The position numbers were made by a program, and so were the translations under genes. A stretch of 64,000 nucleotides of DNA from positions 852 through 64,851 of the forward strand of contig JACPLC010000005.1 in NCBI GenBank assembly GCA_016186695.1. Direction: 5' to 3'. Shown in pieces: positions 20,242 through 29,552 of the stretch. Within the stretch, counting starts at the first letter, position 1. Each line of letters starts with the position of its first letter. Under the pieces are notes generated by a model. It did no database searches and was not told where the DNA came from. It worked only from the letters and a program-made list of their open reading frames with translations. The DNA is from Candidatus Kaiserbacteria bacterium (GTDB lineage: Bacteria > Patescibacteriota > Minisyncoccia > Phycocordibacterales > UBA2100).

Positions 20242-20796
20242 TTAGAAAACCTGCAGGTCGGAAGGATCGAGTGCAGGAGGATTTGCGAGACACGCTTTCA
20301 GTTCTGCCGTTTGCGTCCAGCCGCACGTTCCGTCTGTCTGCGGCTCGCAGGAAGCTTCTTTGTAGCATACATACTCCGCGCGGTACTCACACGTCGTGAC
20401 GATGTCCCCTGCCTCTTCGGCAGAAACACACAGCTGGCCGCTGCAGCCCGCAACGGCACAACCGTTGAAAGTCATCTCATCCGATGAAGGGACCATCTGG
20501 CGTTCGTTCACAAACGTGCGGCCGTCGGGAGTAGCACATCGCTCCGGATATGACTCCCCGCCCGACTGAACGCCGTCAGTCGTTCGGGCGGGCATAATGG
20601 GAAATCCTGCCGCAACACACTCATCAAAATTTGTTATTGAAAGCAGATACTGCTGCTGTCTATTTTGCGAAAGTGCAACAAGGAGGCCCGCGACAATCGT
20701 GAGAACCACGATGATGCCGATAAGTGTTGTCGTCGAGAGATTGCCCATAGACACAAGCATACCAGACGCGAATCGTGCGGAAATACTACTATCCAC
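20242..20796 (-). CDS. Secreted/membrane-anchored cysteine-rich hypothetical protein
   Basis: N-terminal TM segment followed by 12 or more Cys in the mature part. Confidence 0.45.
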   Translation of the reverse strand: MDSSISARFASGMLVSMGNLSTTTLIGIIVVLTIVAGLLVALSQNRQQQYLLSITNFDECVAAGFPIMPARTTDGVQSGGESYPERCATPDGRTFVNERQMVPSSDEMTFNGCAVAGCSGQLCVSAEEAGDIVTTCEYRAEYVCYKEASCEPQTDGTCGWTQTAELKACLANPPALDPSDLQVF

Positions 20797-20837
20797 TTCT
20801 CTGCACCGGCACAGTGGTATGATGTACAGTACGTTCC

Positions 20838-21335
20838 ATGCAGATTCTCATTCGAGCAGCCGGATGGAGGGATTTCGGCGCCCTTCTACACTTACAACGA
20901 CAAGTCGTTCGTGAATCCGAACACTTGGCGGCAACAGGCGGAGAACGGAAGGAGCCAATCGTCTTTGCTTTTGCAAAAGCGGTTCTGCACCGGAAACGCG
21001 TGCATACACTGCTTGCGCTTAGCGAAAATCAACCGGTCGGCTACATCACGATTGTCTTCGGAAAGTTCCGGAAGGTCGGGGAAACCGCATACATCGTGGT
21101 GGGCGTGCGTGCCTCGCACCGCGGGCATGGTGTCGGCACGGCACTCCTCACCGAGGCCGAGAAATTTGCGCGCTCTCGCAAGATGCACCGGATGGAGCTT
21201 GAGGTGTTTGAGGGCAATGAGGGAGCGGTCCGGCTCTATGAGAAACTCGGCTACGCGATCGAGGGACGCCGCCGCGAGGCGGTAAAGACGCAAAACGGCT
21301 ACTCCGACATCATCTGGATGGGAAAACTGCTCTGA
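20838..21335 (+). CDS. GNAT-family N-acetyltransferase
   Basis: Acetyl-CoA binding motif HRGHGVGTALL; 165 aa. Confidence 0.75.
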   Translation: MQILIRAAGWRDFGALLHLQRQVVRESEHLAATGGERKEPIVFAFAKAVLHRKRVHTLLALSENQPVGYITIVFGKFRKVGETAYIVVGVRASHRGHGVGTALLTEAEKFARSRKMHRMELEVFEGNEGAVRLYEKLGYAIEGRRREAVKTQNGYSDIIWMGKLL

Positions 21336-21370
21336 CTTGTCCGGAATACTTGAAATAGCTCGAATGCTCT

Positions 21371-21961
21371 TTAAAAATTGGGCGGAAGGCTAATAGAAAT
21401 CAGGCCGACCCATATAATGAATACTATTGCTGCGGCGTATACGCCATATTTTCCGATCACGCGACTGAGTTTTTGTGACCATTCGAATTTCTCAACAAGC
21501 CACACCACACCTAGGATGATAAACGAAAGCACGGATGCGATTGATAGGGTCTGAAATAAAAACGGGAACGAAAATATACTTTTCACTGCAAATGATCCGC
21601 AGGAAACATTTGCGCTGGCAAATGCTGTATCAACTATATTCCCGTAAAAACAGTAAAAGTAGCCGAATAATGCTGTTAGAGTCGCATACAAAATTGTGTA
21701 TGTGAGAACAATCTGCACAATTGCACTGCCTGGTTTCTGCGTTAGATTCCTGTAATAAATCTTTCGTGCGATATACAGTAGACTTGGAAAAATAGTCAAG
21801 GTAAGCTCAAATGAGAACATTGTTGGCAAGACTCTGTTGTAAATATCAGCGGCACTTATATTCCATACGGCAAGCCATATAAAAGTAAGAACATTAAAAC
21901 CCAGCCACCAAATAATATACAACCAAAGACGAGGTCTCTTCCGTTCCGTTCTGGGCCACAT
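21371..21961 (-). CDS. Hypothetical integral membrane protein (AT-rich)
   Basis: Five or six TM helices, about 40% GC against about 58% for the surroundings. Confidence 0.5.
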   Translation of the reverse strand: MWPRTERKRPRLWLYIIWWLGFNVLTFIWLAVWNISAADIYNRVLPTMFSFELTLTIFPSLLYIARKIYYRNLTQKPGSAIVQIVLTYTILYATLTALFGYFYCFYGNIVDTAFASANVSCGSFAVKSIFSFPFLFQTLSIASVLSFIILGVVWLVEKFEWSQKLSRVIGKYGVYAAAIVFIIWVGLISISLPPNF

Positions 21962-22158
21962 GATTTAAGCTTAGCACCAATTCATTCCCTGAATTGAATG
22001 CATGTCAAAAATACATTTTTACCGAATGCGAAAGCGTGCCTTTGCATTGCACTTACTCTGCGTCGCCAGTAGACTACGCACGACACCCCGCGTCGTTCCC
22101 CGGTACCACAACGCTCCGCGTTGGCTACGGGGCAGGCAACGGATAGGATAGTTTGAAA

Positions 22159-22230
22159 GCTCCCATAGTTTAATGGATAGAACGTAAGCTTCCGGAGCTT
22201 ATGATCGAGGTTCGATTCCTCGTGGGAGCA
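22159..22230 (+). tRNA. tRNA-Arg (CCG)
   Basis: Cloverleaf with acceptor GCTCCCA/TGGGAGC and anticodon loop TTCCGGA. Confidence 0.85.
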
Positions 22231-22290
22231 CAGAGTGAGATTCCTGCTTGCCCGTCCGTAGCTTTAGCGGAGGCGGGCCGCGGGGATAGT

Positions 22291-23247
22291 TTAGTCGGTC
22301 TCAAAAAGTTCGCTTAAGGATTCGCCGTCTTCGATACGTTGTATTGCCTCACCAAATACCTCACCTACCGACACAACTTCAATTTTTTGTGAAAGCGGCC
22401 TATCGGTCGAGATGGTGTCGGTGATGAAAAGTTTCTTAATGGAGGAGTTGTCGATTATCGAGCTTGCTTCTCCGCTCAATAGGCCGTGAGTCGCGCAGGC
22501 GTATACCTCCCGCGCACCGTTTTCGGTGAGCAGTTTGGCCGCGGTCGCGAGCGTTCCGCTCGTATCTGCCATATCGTCCACAATGAGCGCAATCTTGTCC
22601 TTCACATTCCCGATAAGCTTCATGCGGGTGACTTTGTTGGGCATCTCACGCTCTTTATGGATGATTGCGAGCTCCGCCTCCTTCATCAGACGCTTCGCAT
22701 AGGATTGCGCACGCACGACGCCGCCCACATCGGGAGAAACAACGACGAGATCGTCGGTGTCAATTGCCTTCCCAAAAAATTTCCGCAGATGTGGAATAAA
22801 AACCCTGCGCGCGAGAAGATTGTCGACGATCGCATTCCTAAAGTAGCCGCCGATGGCATCGTTGTGAAGATCCATCGTGAGGAAGCGGTTGGTGCCGAGC
22901 GTCTCGACGATTCCTGCAAAAACGCGCGCCGAGATCGGTTCACGCGGGCGGGATTTTCTGTCCTGCCGCGCGTAGCCGAAGTATGGGACCACGGCCGTTA
23001 TCTCACTCGCCGAAGCTCCGCGCGCGGCGTCTATCGCCAAGAAAAGCCGCACCCAATTTTCTGCGGGCGGCGGCGTGGATTGTAGGAGATAGACGTGCTT
23101 ACCACGGAGATTTTCCAAAAACTGCACGTACTGTTCGCCATCGGAAAAGACCTTGCACTTGATCTTCCCGAGCGGCACTCCGAGCTTTCCCGCAATCTTC
23201 TCCGCGAGTCCGTCGTTCGACCCGAGGCTGAAAATGCGGAAATCCAT
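22291..23247 (-). CDS. prs: Ribose-phosphate pyrophosphokinase
   Basis: PRPP-binding loop DDMADTSGTL; 318 aa. Confidence 0.9.
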   Translation of the reverse strand: MDFRIFSLGSNDGLAEKIAGKLGVPLGKIKCKVFSDGEQYVQFLENLRGKHVYLLQSTPPPAENWVRLFLAIDAARGASASEITAVVPYFGYARQDRKSRPREPISARVFAGIVETLGTNRFLTMDLHNDAIGGYFRNAIVDNLLARRVFIPHLRKFFGKAIDTDDLVVVSPDVGGVVRAQSYAKRLMKEAELAIIHKEREMPNKVTRMKLIGNVKDKIALIVDDMADTSGTLATAAKLLTENGAREVYACATHGLLSGEASSIIDNSSIKKLFITDTISTDRPLSQKIEVVSVGEVFGEAIQRIEDGESLSELFETD

Positions 23248-23261
23248 GAAAAGAGTATACC

Positions 23262-23705
23262 CTAGTGGAGCTTAGGATGCCAGAGAATTACTTCCACATT
23301 CCGCTTCCCTTTGAACGTCCAATGGTGCAAAACAGGATGACCGCGTTTGAAACTGTTACTAACGGCCCTGTCCTTCGGCACGTAAAACCCTATGTGCCGG
23401 TGTTTGCTTCCGTCTTTGAACTTCTTTTCTTCCCACACGAGCACTGCTCCCACGCGGGGGGCACGGACTTTTTTCCAACCGGCCGCCTCGAGCGCCCGAA
23501 CCGTGCCGTCAACTGTGCCATGCGACCTTCGTATGAACTTAAACATGGCGAGGATCGAGGAGACATGGAACGCACACGAGAGCTCGCCGCTTCGCAGAAT
23601 GTCGACCCTTTTCCGGCCAACGCGTGCGTAATACGTGCGAAATATCCTCGCGCCGACGCTGTTTCGGATAGCAGCTAGATACGTTTCAAAAAGTAACGGT
23701 TTCAC
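23262..23705 (-). CDS. Hypothetical protein, possibly a Cys/His hydrolase fold
   Basis: 147 aa with a conserved-looking CAFHVSS ... HIGFY spacing. Family uncertain. Confidence 0.35.
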   Translation of the reverse strand: MKPLLFETYLAAIRNSVGARIFRTYYARVGRKRVDILRSGELSCAFHVSSILAMFKFIRRSHGTVDGTVRALEAAGWKKVRAPRVGAVLVWEEKKFKDGSKHRHIGFYVPKDRAVSNSFKRGHPVLHHWTFKGKRNVEVILWHPKLH

Positions 23706-23890
23706 CTCGACCGAAGAATAACATCACTCGCGAGTACTCGCGATTCAGCTCGCTAGCCGCTATAATCTCTGACGCGCACCCTTAGCTCCCGCCTTCGCTC
23801 AGAAGGTGTCTGAGCTTCGGCGGGCGAGATGTGATTAGTATGATCACTGCTTGCCCTTCGGAGCTCCGAGCTAACTCGGAGCGTAGTAGG

Positions 23891-23964
23891 GCACCCTTAG
23901 CTCAGTTGGTTAGAGCGTTCGATTCACATTCGAAAGGTCTCAGGTTCGAACCCTGAAGGGTGCA
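23891..23964 (+). tRNA. tRNA-Val (CAC)
   Basis: Acceptor GCACCCT/AGGGTGC, anticodon loop TTCACAT, T-arm TCAGGTTCGAACCCTGA. Confidence 0.85.
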
Positions 23965-24108
23965 CAGCCGACATGAGATTTGCCCTGCGGCAAATCGAAT
24001 GCGGTTGTGCAAGCCGGAGCGATGTCGCGAGCGCAAAGGGTGCGAGCGACCGCGAGGCGGGGTCGCGACCGAGCAAGCGGAAGCGAGCGAGAGTTGTGAC
24101 CACAATGG

Positions 24109-24179
24109 CGGGCCGTAGTATACCGGTAGTACACACGCTTCGGGTGCGTGTAGACCGGGTTCGATTCCCGGCGGCCCGA
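24109..24179 (+). tRNA. tRNA-Pro (CGG)
   Basis: Acceptor CGGGCCG/CGGCCCG, anticodon loop TTCGGGT. Confidence 0.8.
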
Positions 24180-24181
24180 CA

Positions 24182-24252
24182 CGGGATGTCGTATAGTGGT
24201 AGTACGCAAGCATGGGGTGCTTGTAGCCCGAGTTCGATTCTCGGCATCCCGA
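24182..24252 (+). tRNA. tRNA-Pro (GGG)
   Basis: Acceptor CGGGATG/CATCCCG, anticodon loop ATGGGGT. Confidence 0.8.
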
Positions 24253-24434
24253 AACGTTGTGAGGGTGCAGCACAGCGCCTTCGCGCTGTGCGTCGAGAAT
24301 CGAACGCCGGAGCGATGCCGAGCGAGCACGCGAGGCAGCGAGGCGGTGGTCAGACCGAGGCGAACGACGGTGAGCCGAGAGGCGAGACCATTTCTCGGCA
24401 TCCCGACAAGGAAATGTTATATTCTCTCATTACC

Positions 24435-24505
24435 GGGCCTATAGGTAAGTGGTATACCGGTGCATTCGCATTGCACAGTCTCGAGTTCGATTCTCGATAG
24501 GTCCA
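24435..24505 (+). tRNA. tRNA-Ala (CGC)
   Basis: G3:U70 pair, anticodon loop TTCGCAT. Confidence 0.8.
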
Positions 24506-24525
24506 CCCAAAGTAGATTCAAGCCT

Positions 24526-25017
24526 TTACACTTTGCACGTCTCGCACTTGCAGTCTCTGCAGCAGGCGCAATCCCCCGCGCGGCAATCGGGACATATATT
24601 GCCCGGACACTTCTTATACGGAATACGGAATGGTCCCGGACCATAGACTTTCACCATGAGGAGTCCGCCGATGATGGCGAGGTTTTTGAGGAACATCGAC
24701 TGCTGCAACGGATCAGCGAGATTCATGTGATACGCGAGTGTCGCAAGAACCGTGAATATCGCAAGCGCAAATGCCGCGATTCTCGCGTGAAAGCCGAGGA
24801 TGAGCGCTATCGCTCCGCCGAGCTCGACAATGATAGTGAGTACTGCCAATATTTCCGGCATTGGAAGTCCCGCCGAGGCGATGTAGGCGACCGCGCCCTC
24901 AAAACCGGTGAGCTTGCTCCAACCTGCTACCAAGAACACAAGCCCGAGTAAGACTCGAGCGAGCACGACGGCATACGTTTTCCACCCCGTCTCGCATTTC
25001 AAACATCCACATCCCAT
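24526..25017 (-). CDS. DoxX-family membrane protein with a Cys-rich C-terminal tail
   Basis: Four TM helices in a DoxX-like pattern, ending CPGNICPDCRAGDCACCRDCKCETCKV. Confidence 0.6.
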   Translation of the reverse strand: MGCGCLKCETGWKTYAVVLARVLLGLVFLVAGWSKLTGFEGAVAYIASAGLPMPEILAVLTIIVELGGAIALILGFHARIAAFALAIFTVLATLAYHMNLADPLQQSMFLKNLAIIGGLLMVKVYGPGPFRIPYKKCPGNICPDCRAGDCACCRDCKCETCKV

Positions 25018-25094
25018 ATGTTTTGAAGGTTAGCGAATATGCACTAAGGGTAGCGCGGATATCTGCGGCGTCAATCCCGACGCTGGGGTCGGGG

Positions 25095-25577
25095 CTATTT
25101 AATGTTCACGATTTTGTACTTCTGCGAGCCTTTGGGCGTATCGAACGAGAACACCTCGCCCCTCTTCTTCGCCATCAGGGCGGAACCCAGCGGCGAGAGG
25201 TGCGAGATCTTGTGTTCCTGCATGTTGGCTTCGGCACTTCCCACTATTTCATAGGTGTGCTCCTCTTTCTCGCCCTGCTTTTGGATGGTCACCGTGCTTC
25301 CGAGTGAAACCGCGTTCCCCTTTCCGCCCTTTCCGTGCTCGATGATACGCGCACGGCTAAGCTCCCCTTCGATCGTCCGGATCCTGTCTTCACTCGCCGC
25401 TTGCAGATTCCGCGCCTCCTCGTATTCAGCATTTTCGGAAAGATCGCCGAGGGATCTGGCGTACTCGAGCTGCTCCGCTATCTCGCGTCGCCGCACCGTT
25501 TTCAAATATTCGAGTTCTTGCGTCAACTCATCGAATTTTTCCTTCGTGAGGTAATTGGCATTATCTTCGTCATTCAT
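25095..25577 (-). CDS. greA: Transcription elongation factor GreA
   Basis: N-terminal coiled coil and C-terminal FKBP-like domain, alignable to GreA; 160 aa. Confidence 0.85.
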   Translation of the reverse strand: MNDEDNANYLTKEKFDELTQELEYLKTVRRREIAEQLEYARSLGDLSENAEYEEARNLQAASEDRIRTIEGELSRARIIEHGKGGKGNAVSLGSTVTIQKQGEKEEHTYEIVGSAEANMQEHKISHLSPLGSALMAKKRGEVFSFDTPKGSQKYKIVNIK

Positions 25578-25725
25578 GCGCGAGCATTATACCCTAGTAA
25601 ATCAAAATGCAAATATCAAAATACAAAGTGACAGAGCGCCGCCCCAGCGGCGCAGGCCAATGAACGCGAATTTTGCTGCACAAAATTCGCACAACAATTT
25701 TGATTTTTGATTTTTGATATTTGAT

Positions 25726-27438
25726 TTATCTGATGTATTCAGGTTTGTTCGCGATGAGCCACTCAAAAAACGGTCGCAAGCCGGGGGCCGCGCCCGAGAG
25801 AGTTCCCGCGCGCGCTTTTTCCAAGACGGCCGCGTATGCATACTGCGGATCCTCAGCCGGCCAGAAGCCGACCGACCACGAATTTATCCACTCGTTCTTG
25901 GGGCCGATCTGCGCGGTGCCCGTTTTTGCCGCGATCGCTATTCCCGACATGTTGAGGACTTTGACCGTCGCATCATGCCGCGTCGAGGTAACAGCCATGC
26001 GCATACCTTCGCGCACCACCTGCAGATACGAATCCGGAATACCAACTGTCTCATATTGCGGTGTCGAGCTTGCCATTATCTGCGGAACTAGAAGCTTGCC
26101 GCCGTTTGCGATAGTCGCGATGAAGCGTGCCGCCTGCAGCGGCGTAATCTGAAATCCATACTGTCCTATCGCCGTGTGGTAGGTGTTCCCGATGCGCCAC
26201 GGATCATCCTCGCCAAAAACTTCGGCTTTCCATTCGGGCGTCGGGATGACTCCCGCCTCCTCTCCCAAAAGCGAGACGCCCGTCGGCTCTCCCAAGCCGA
26301 AGAGTCGTGCGTATTCGTCGATACGCCGTATCCCGAGACCCACCTGCGAACCGTACCCTCCGCCGATGGTGTAGAAGTACTCGTCCGAAGAAACAGCGAG
26401 TGCCTCCCGCATGTCGATCGCTCCATGCACCGTCCAGTCACGATAGACAGACGGTTTTTCAGGATCGTACGGATTCGGGATCGTGATAGCGCCTGTGGAA
26501 ACGACCTCTTTTTCGGGATCAATGATGCCTTCTTGGAGCGCGGCAGCTGCAAGGATCGGCTTCACGATAGAGCCCGGAGCGTACAGGCCGGAAACAGCGC
26601 GGTTCAAAAGCGGTGAGCGCGGATCGTTGCTCGCTGCACGGACTTCTTCGATCTTTCCTGCGGCAAATGCCGCATGGTCGTAGCCTGGGAAACTCGTAAG
26701 CGCAAGAAGTTCACCGGTTTTCACATTCATAATGACGGCAGCGCCACCGACAAATCCCTGCCGATTCGCATGCGCTGAAAGAAGCGAGGAGAGCTTATTC
26801 TGCACTTCTGCGTCGATCGAGAGGATCACGTCCCTCCCGCTTTCGGGCTGATCGATGAGCACCTGTTCCTGCGCTACCCCTGTCGCATCCGTCTCAACCA
26901 TCGTGCTGCCGTTTTTGCCTGCAAGTACAGCATCGAAGGCACGCTCGATTCCCGAAACGCCCGCGGTCTCTTCTCGCCACCACTCCCCACTCGCATCGGC
27001 TTTCGGGTAGCGCACGAACCCGATGAGGTGCGAAAGGCCGGACATGTCAGCATATCCGCGTAGCGCAAACGACAGCGGAGACGTGCTTGAGGCGGGAGCA
27101 ACGTTCCATGCGAGTTTGCGGCCGGTCCTGTCGTAGATCTCGCCGCGCGTCGCAAACACGAGAGAGCGGGAGAGATGGTTCTCGCGGGAGATGTCGGCAT
27201 ATACGGTGCCATTCAGGACTGCTAGATCGAAGAGACGTGCTCCGAAAACAAGGAGGGCGAGTGAGAACGCAAGCCCGACGCCGAGGATCGCGTGGTTCCC
27301 CAGCGGTCCCACAACCCTGCCTTCGAACTGCGGATCGTCGCGACGGGGAAGATTCGAGGAATCGATAAAGATATCTTCGGGCGCAATCTCGCGGACACCC
27401 CATGATTTTCTTCCAAGCAGCATCAGGCCAATATACAA
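25726..27438 (-). CDS. Penicillin-binding protein 2 (elongation-type transpeptidase)
   Basis: TM anchor, SxxK/SxN/KTG motifs; directly upstream of mreDCB. Confidence 0.8.
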   Translation of the reverse strand: MYIGLMLLGRKSWGVREIAPEDIFIDSSNLPRRDDPQFEGRVVGPLGNHAILGVGLAFSLALLVFGARLFDLAVLNGTVYADISRENHLSRSLVFATRGEIYDRTGRKLAWNVAPASSTSPLSFALRGYADMSGLSHLIGFVRYPKADASGEWWREETAGVSGIERAFDAVLAGKNGSTMVETDATGVAQEQVLIDQPESGRDVILSIDAEVQNKLSSLLSAHANRQGFVGGAAVIMNVKTGELLALTSFPGYDHAAFAAGKIEEVRAASNDPRSPLLNRAVSGLYAPGSIVKPILAAAALQEGIIDPEKEVVSTGAITIPNPYDPEKPSVYRDWTVHGAIDMREALAVSSDEYFYTIGGGYGSQVGLGIRRIDEYARLFGLGEPTGVSLLGEEAGVIPTPEWKAEVFGEDDPWRIGNTYHTAIGQYGFQITPLQAARFIATIANGGKLLVPQIMASSTPQYETVGIPDSYLQVVREGMRMAVTSTRHDATVKVLNMSGIAIAAKTGTAQIGPKNEWINSWSVGFWPAEDPQYAYAAVLEKARAGTLSGAAPGLRPFFEWLIANKPEYIR

Positions 27439-27446
27439 TCACGCAC

Positions 27447-27731
27447 TTATCGCGTCAGAAATTCGCTCCGTAGAGGTTCCAATCCCCACATAAGCGCGAG
27501 ACCTGCGAGCGTAAAAAGTGGTAGTGAAGCGAGAAGTCCTTCGCCGCTCGGGGCAAGCCATATGAGATCGACAAAAAGACCGATCGCCGGGATCTCCCAC
27601 GCGGCGAAACGGAATGCGAGCAACACCATCACCAGAAGCGGAACCCATGGCGGCAAGAGGACCGCTCCTAGAAAGCCGAGTGCCGCAAGGAGCGGACGTG
27701 CATTATTAGCGATTCGGTACAACATACACAA
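27447..27731 (-). CDS. mreD: MreD-like small membrane protein
   Basis: Three TM segments; positioned after mreC. Confidence 0.5.
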   Translation of the reverse strand: MCMLYRIANNARPLLAALGFLGAVLLPPWVPLLVMVLLAFRFAAWEIPAIGLFVDLIWLAPSGEGLLASLPLFTLAGLALMWGLEPLRSEFLTR

Positions 27732-28536
27732 ACTGCAGCTTCGAAAGATTCACAGGAGTGCGCACGTAGACACTTTGGTATGCACTCCCTGAATCGGAAG
27801 ACACAGCGCCGACAACGCCGATCAGTCGTCCGCCGAATAGTGCCGAGGTGACCGAATCACCTTCCGCGACCGAAAGCGTACGCGGGGCTTTTGCACGTGC
27901 ATTACCGCCTCCCTGTCCTTCGAAAAGAAGCACGGCCCCCCGAAGTTCTCCTTCGGCAGAAACCCCTGGTGCAAAAACCTCCTTTACGAGCGAACTATGC
28001 TCACCCGCTTCGGTGATCCGCCCGATAACAAAGCTCCTCCCACCCCCCGCCATCACCATGCTTCCCGCGGAAATCCCCTCTGCTGTGCCGGCCCCAACCA
28101 TAAATGTTCCATACGGGGACGAGCGTACGGACGAGACAATCGGCGCGGTTATGCCTCCCGTACTTTCCGCAAGATGAACGACCTCCCGAAGCTCCGCGTT
28201 TTCGTTCTTGAGCGTTTCGATTTCCGCAGTCTCCACTTCGAATTCTATAATTTTTTGCTTCAGAGCATCATTTTCAGTCTGAAGTGAACGGCGACTCGAA
28301 AAATATCCACTTCCGAAGACTGCTGATTCAATCCTCGAACCCGCGCTCCACACAATCATCGAGGCAGTGCGAGCAATGCCACGGAAAAATCCGCCAGAGA
28401 GTATGTCGAGAGCAAATAGTGCAACGACGATAACAGTCGCGATAAGAAGGCGCCTTCTTGCCTTTCTGCGGTCACTCCGTAGGTACGAGCTCATCGTCAG
28501 ACGTGAGTATCGCTTCGCGGTAGCGGTCGATATCAT
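27706..28536 (-). CDS. mreC: Rod shape-determining protein MreC
   Basis: TM segment, coiled coil and C-terminal beta-rich domain; follows mreB. Confidence 0.75.
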   Translation of the reverse strand: MISTATAKRYSRLTMSSYLRSDRRKARRRLLIATVIVVALFALDILSGGFFRGIARTASMIVWSAGSRIESAVFGSGYFSSRRSLQTENDALKQKIIEFEVETAEIETLKNENAELREVVHLAESTGGITAPIVSSVRSSPYGTFMVGAGTAEGISAGSMVMAGGGRSFVIGRITEAGEHSSLVKEVFAPGVSAEGELRGAVLLFEGQGGGNARAKAPRTLSVAEGDSVTSALFGGRLIGVVGAVSSDSGSAYQSVYVRTPVNLSKLQFVYVVPNR

Positions 28537-29551
28537 CGAGAACGACGCTCGTTCCGCGTACGACCGCTGTCAGCGGATCAGGATCAACATTGACTGGAAC
28601 ACCTAGGCTATCGGTCAGAAATTCCGGAAGTCCTCGGATAAGCGCACCTCCCCCCACAAGATGCATACCCCGTTGCATAATGTCGGAAACCAATTCAGGC
28701 GGCGTCGTCTCAAGCACCTCTTTCACGGCCTCGACCAACTCTTCGATGGAATGACCGAGCGCATTGCGCACGTCCTGATCGGAGAGCGAGATCTCACGCG
28801 GCAGCCCCGAAACGAGGTCGCGGCCCCGCGCATACGATTCAACCCGATCGCTCCTCGAGGCGACAGAGGCAAGAGCAATTTTTAGTTCCTCTGCCGTTTT
28901 TTCGCCGATGAGAAGCTTAAATTCGTTCCGAATGTGTGAGACAATGTCGGCATTGAAGCGATCGCCCGCGATGCGCGCGTTTCGCGCATTCACCAATCCG
29001 CCAAGGGAAATGACGCCGATGTCGGTCGTGCCACCGCCGATGTCGACGACCATGCTTCCATGTGGCTCGTGCACCGGAAGCTCAATACCGATTGCCGCCG
29101 CCATCGGTTCTTCCAAGATGAGCACTTCGCGCGCGCCTGCGGCGCGCGCGGCATCCCTGACCGCGCGCACCTCGACAGAGGTGATACCGGAGGGAACACC
29201 GACACACACACGCGGTCCCAAAAGTTTTGTGTGTCCAGCCTGCGCTTTGTTGATGAGATAGGCGAGCATTTCAGAGGTAACCTCGAAGTCGGAGATGACA
29301 CCTTCGACGACGGGTTGTACCGCGACAATGTGTTGCGGCGTTCTCCCGACCATTTCTTTTGCCTGCGCACCCACCGCGACGATTTGCCCCGTTTTCTGGT
29401 TCATCGCGACGAGTGAAGGCTCATTGATAACGATGCCGCGCCCCTTCACGTATACCAACGTGTTTGCGGTACCGAGATCGATGCCGATGTCATTAGAAAA
29501 AAGTCCCAAGATCCTGTCTTTGTACCTGCGCATTCTGTTCATGAAGCTCAT
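28472..29551 (-). CDS. mreB: Rod shape-determining protein MreB
   Basis: Actin fold motifs IGIDLGTANT and DIGGGTTD. The internal start MSFMNRM at 29551 leaves the adjacent proS stop at 29553. Confidence 0.85.
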   Translation of the reverse strand: MSFMNRMRRYKDRILGLFSNDIGIDLGTANTLVYVKGRGIVINEPSLVAMNQKTGQIVAVGAQAKEMVGRTPQHIVAVQPVVEGVISDFEVTSEMLAYLINKAQAGHTKLLGPRVCVGVPSGITSVEVRAVRDAARAAGAREVLILEEPMAAAIGIELPVHEPHGSMVVDIGGGTTDIGVISLGGLVNARNARIAGDRFNADIVSHIRNEFKLLIGEKTAEELKIALASVASRSDRVESYARGRDLVSGLPREISLSDQDVRNALGHSIEELVEAVKEVLETTPPELVSDIMQRGMHLVGGGALIRGLPEFLTDSLGVPVNVDPDPLTAVVRGTSVVLDDIDRYREAILTSDDELVPTE

Positions 29552-29552
29552 A

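Noticed and set aside
24393-24407. Additional tRNA gene between tRNA-Pro(GGG) and tRNA-Ala(CGC)
   Set aside because: Only a 15-nt copy of the tRNA-Pro 3' end is present, with no cloverleaf. It is treated as a duplication footprint and not as a gene.
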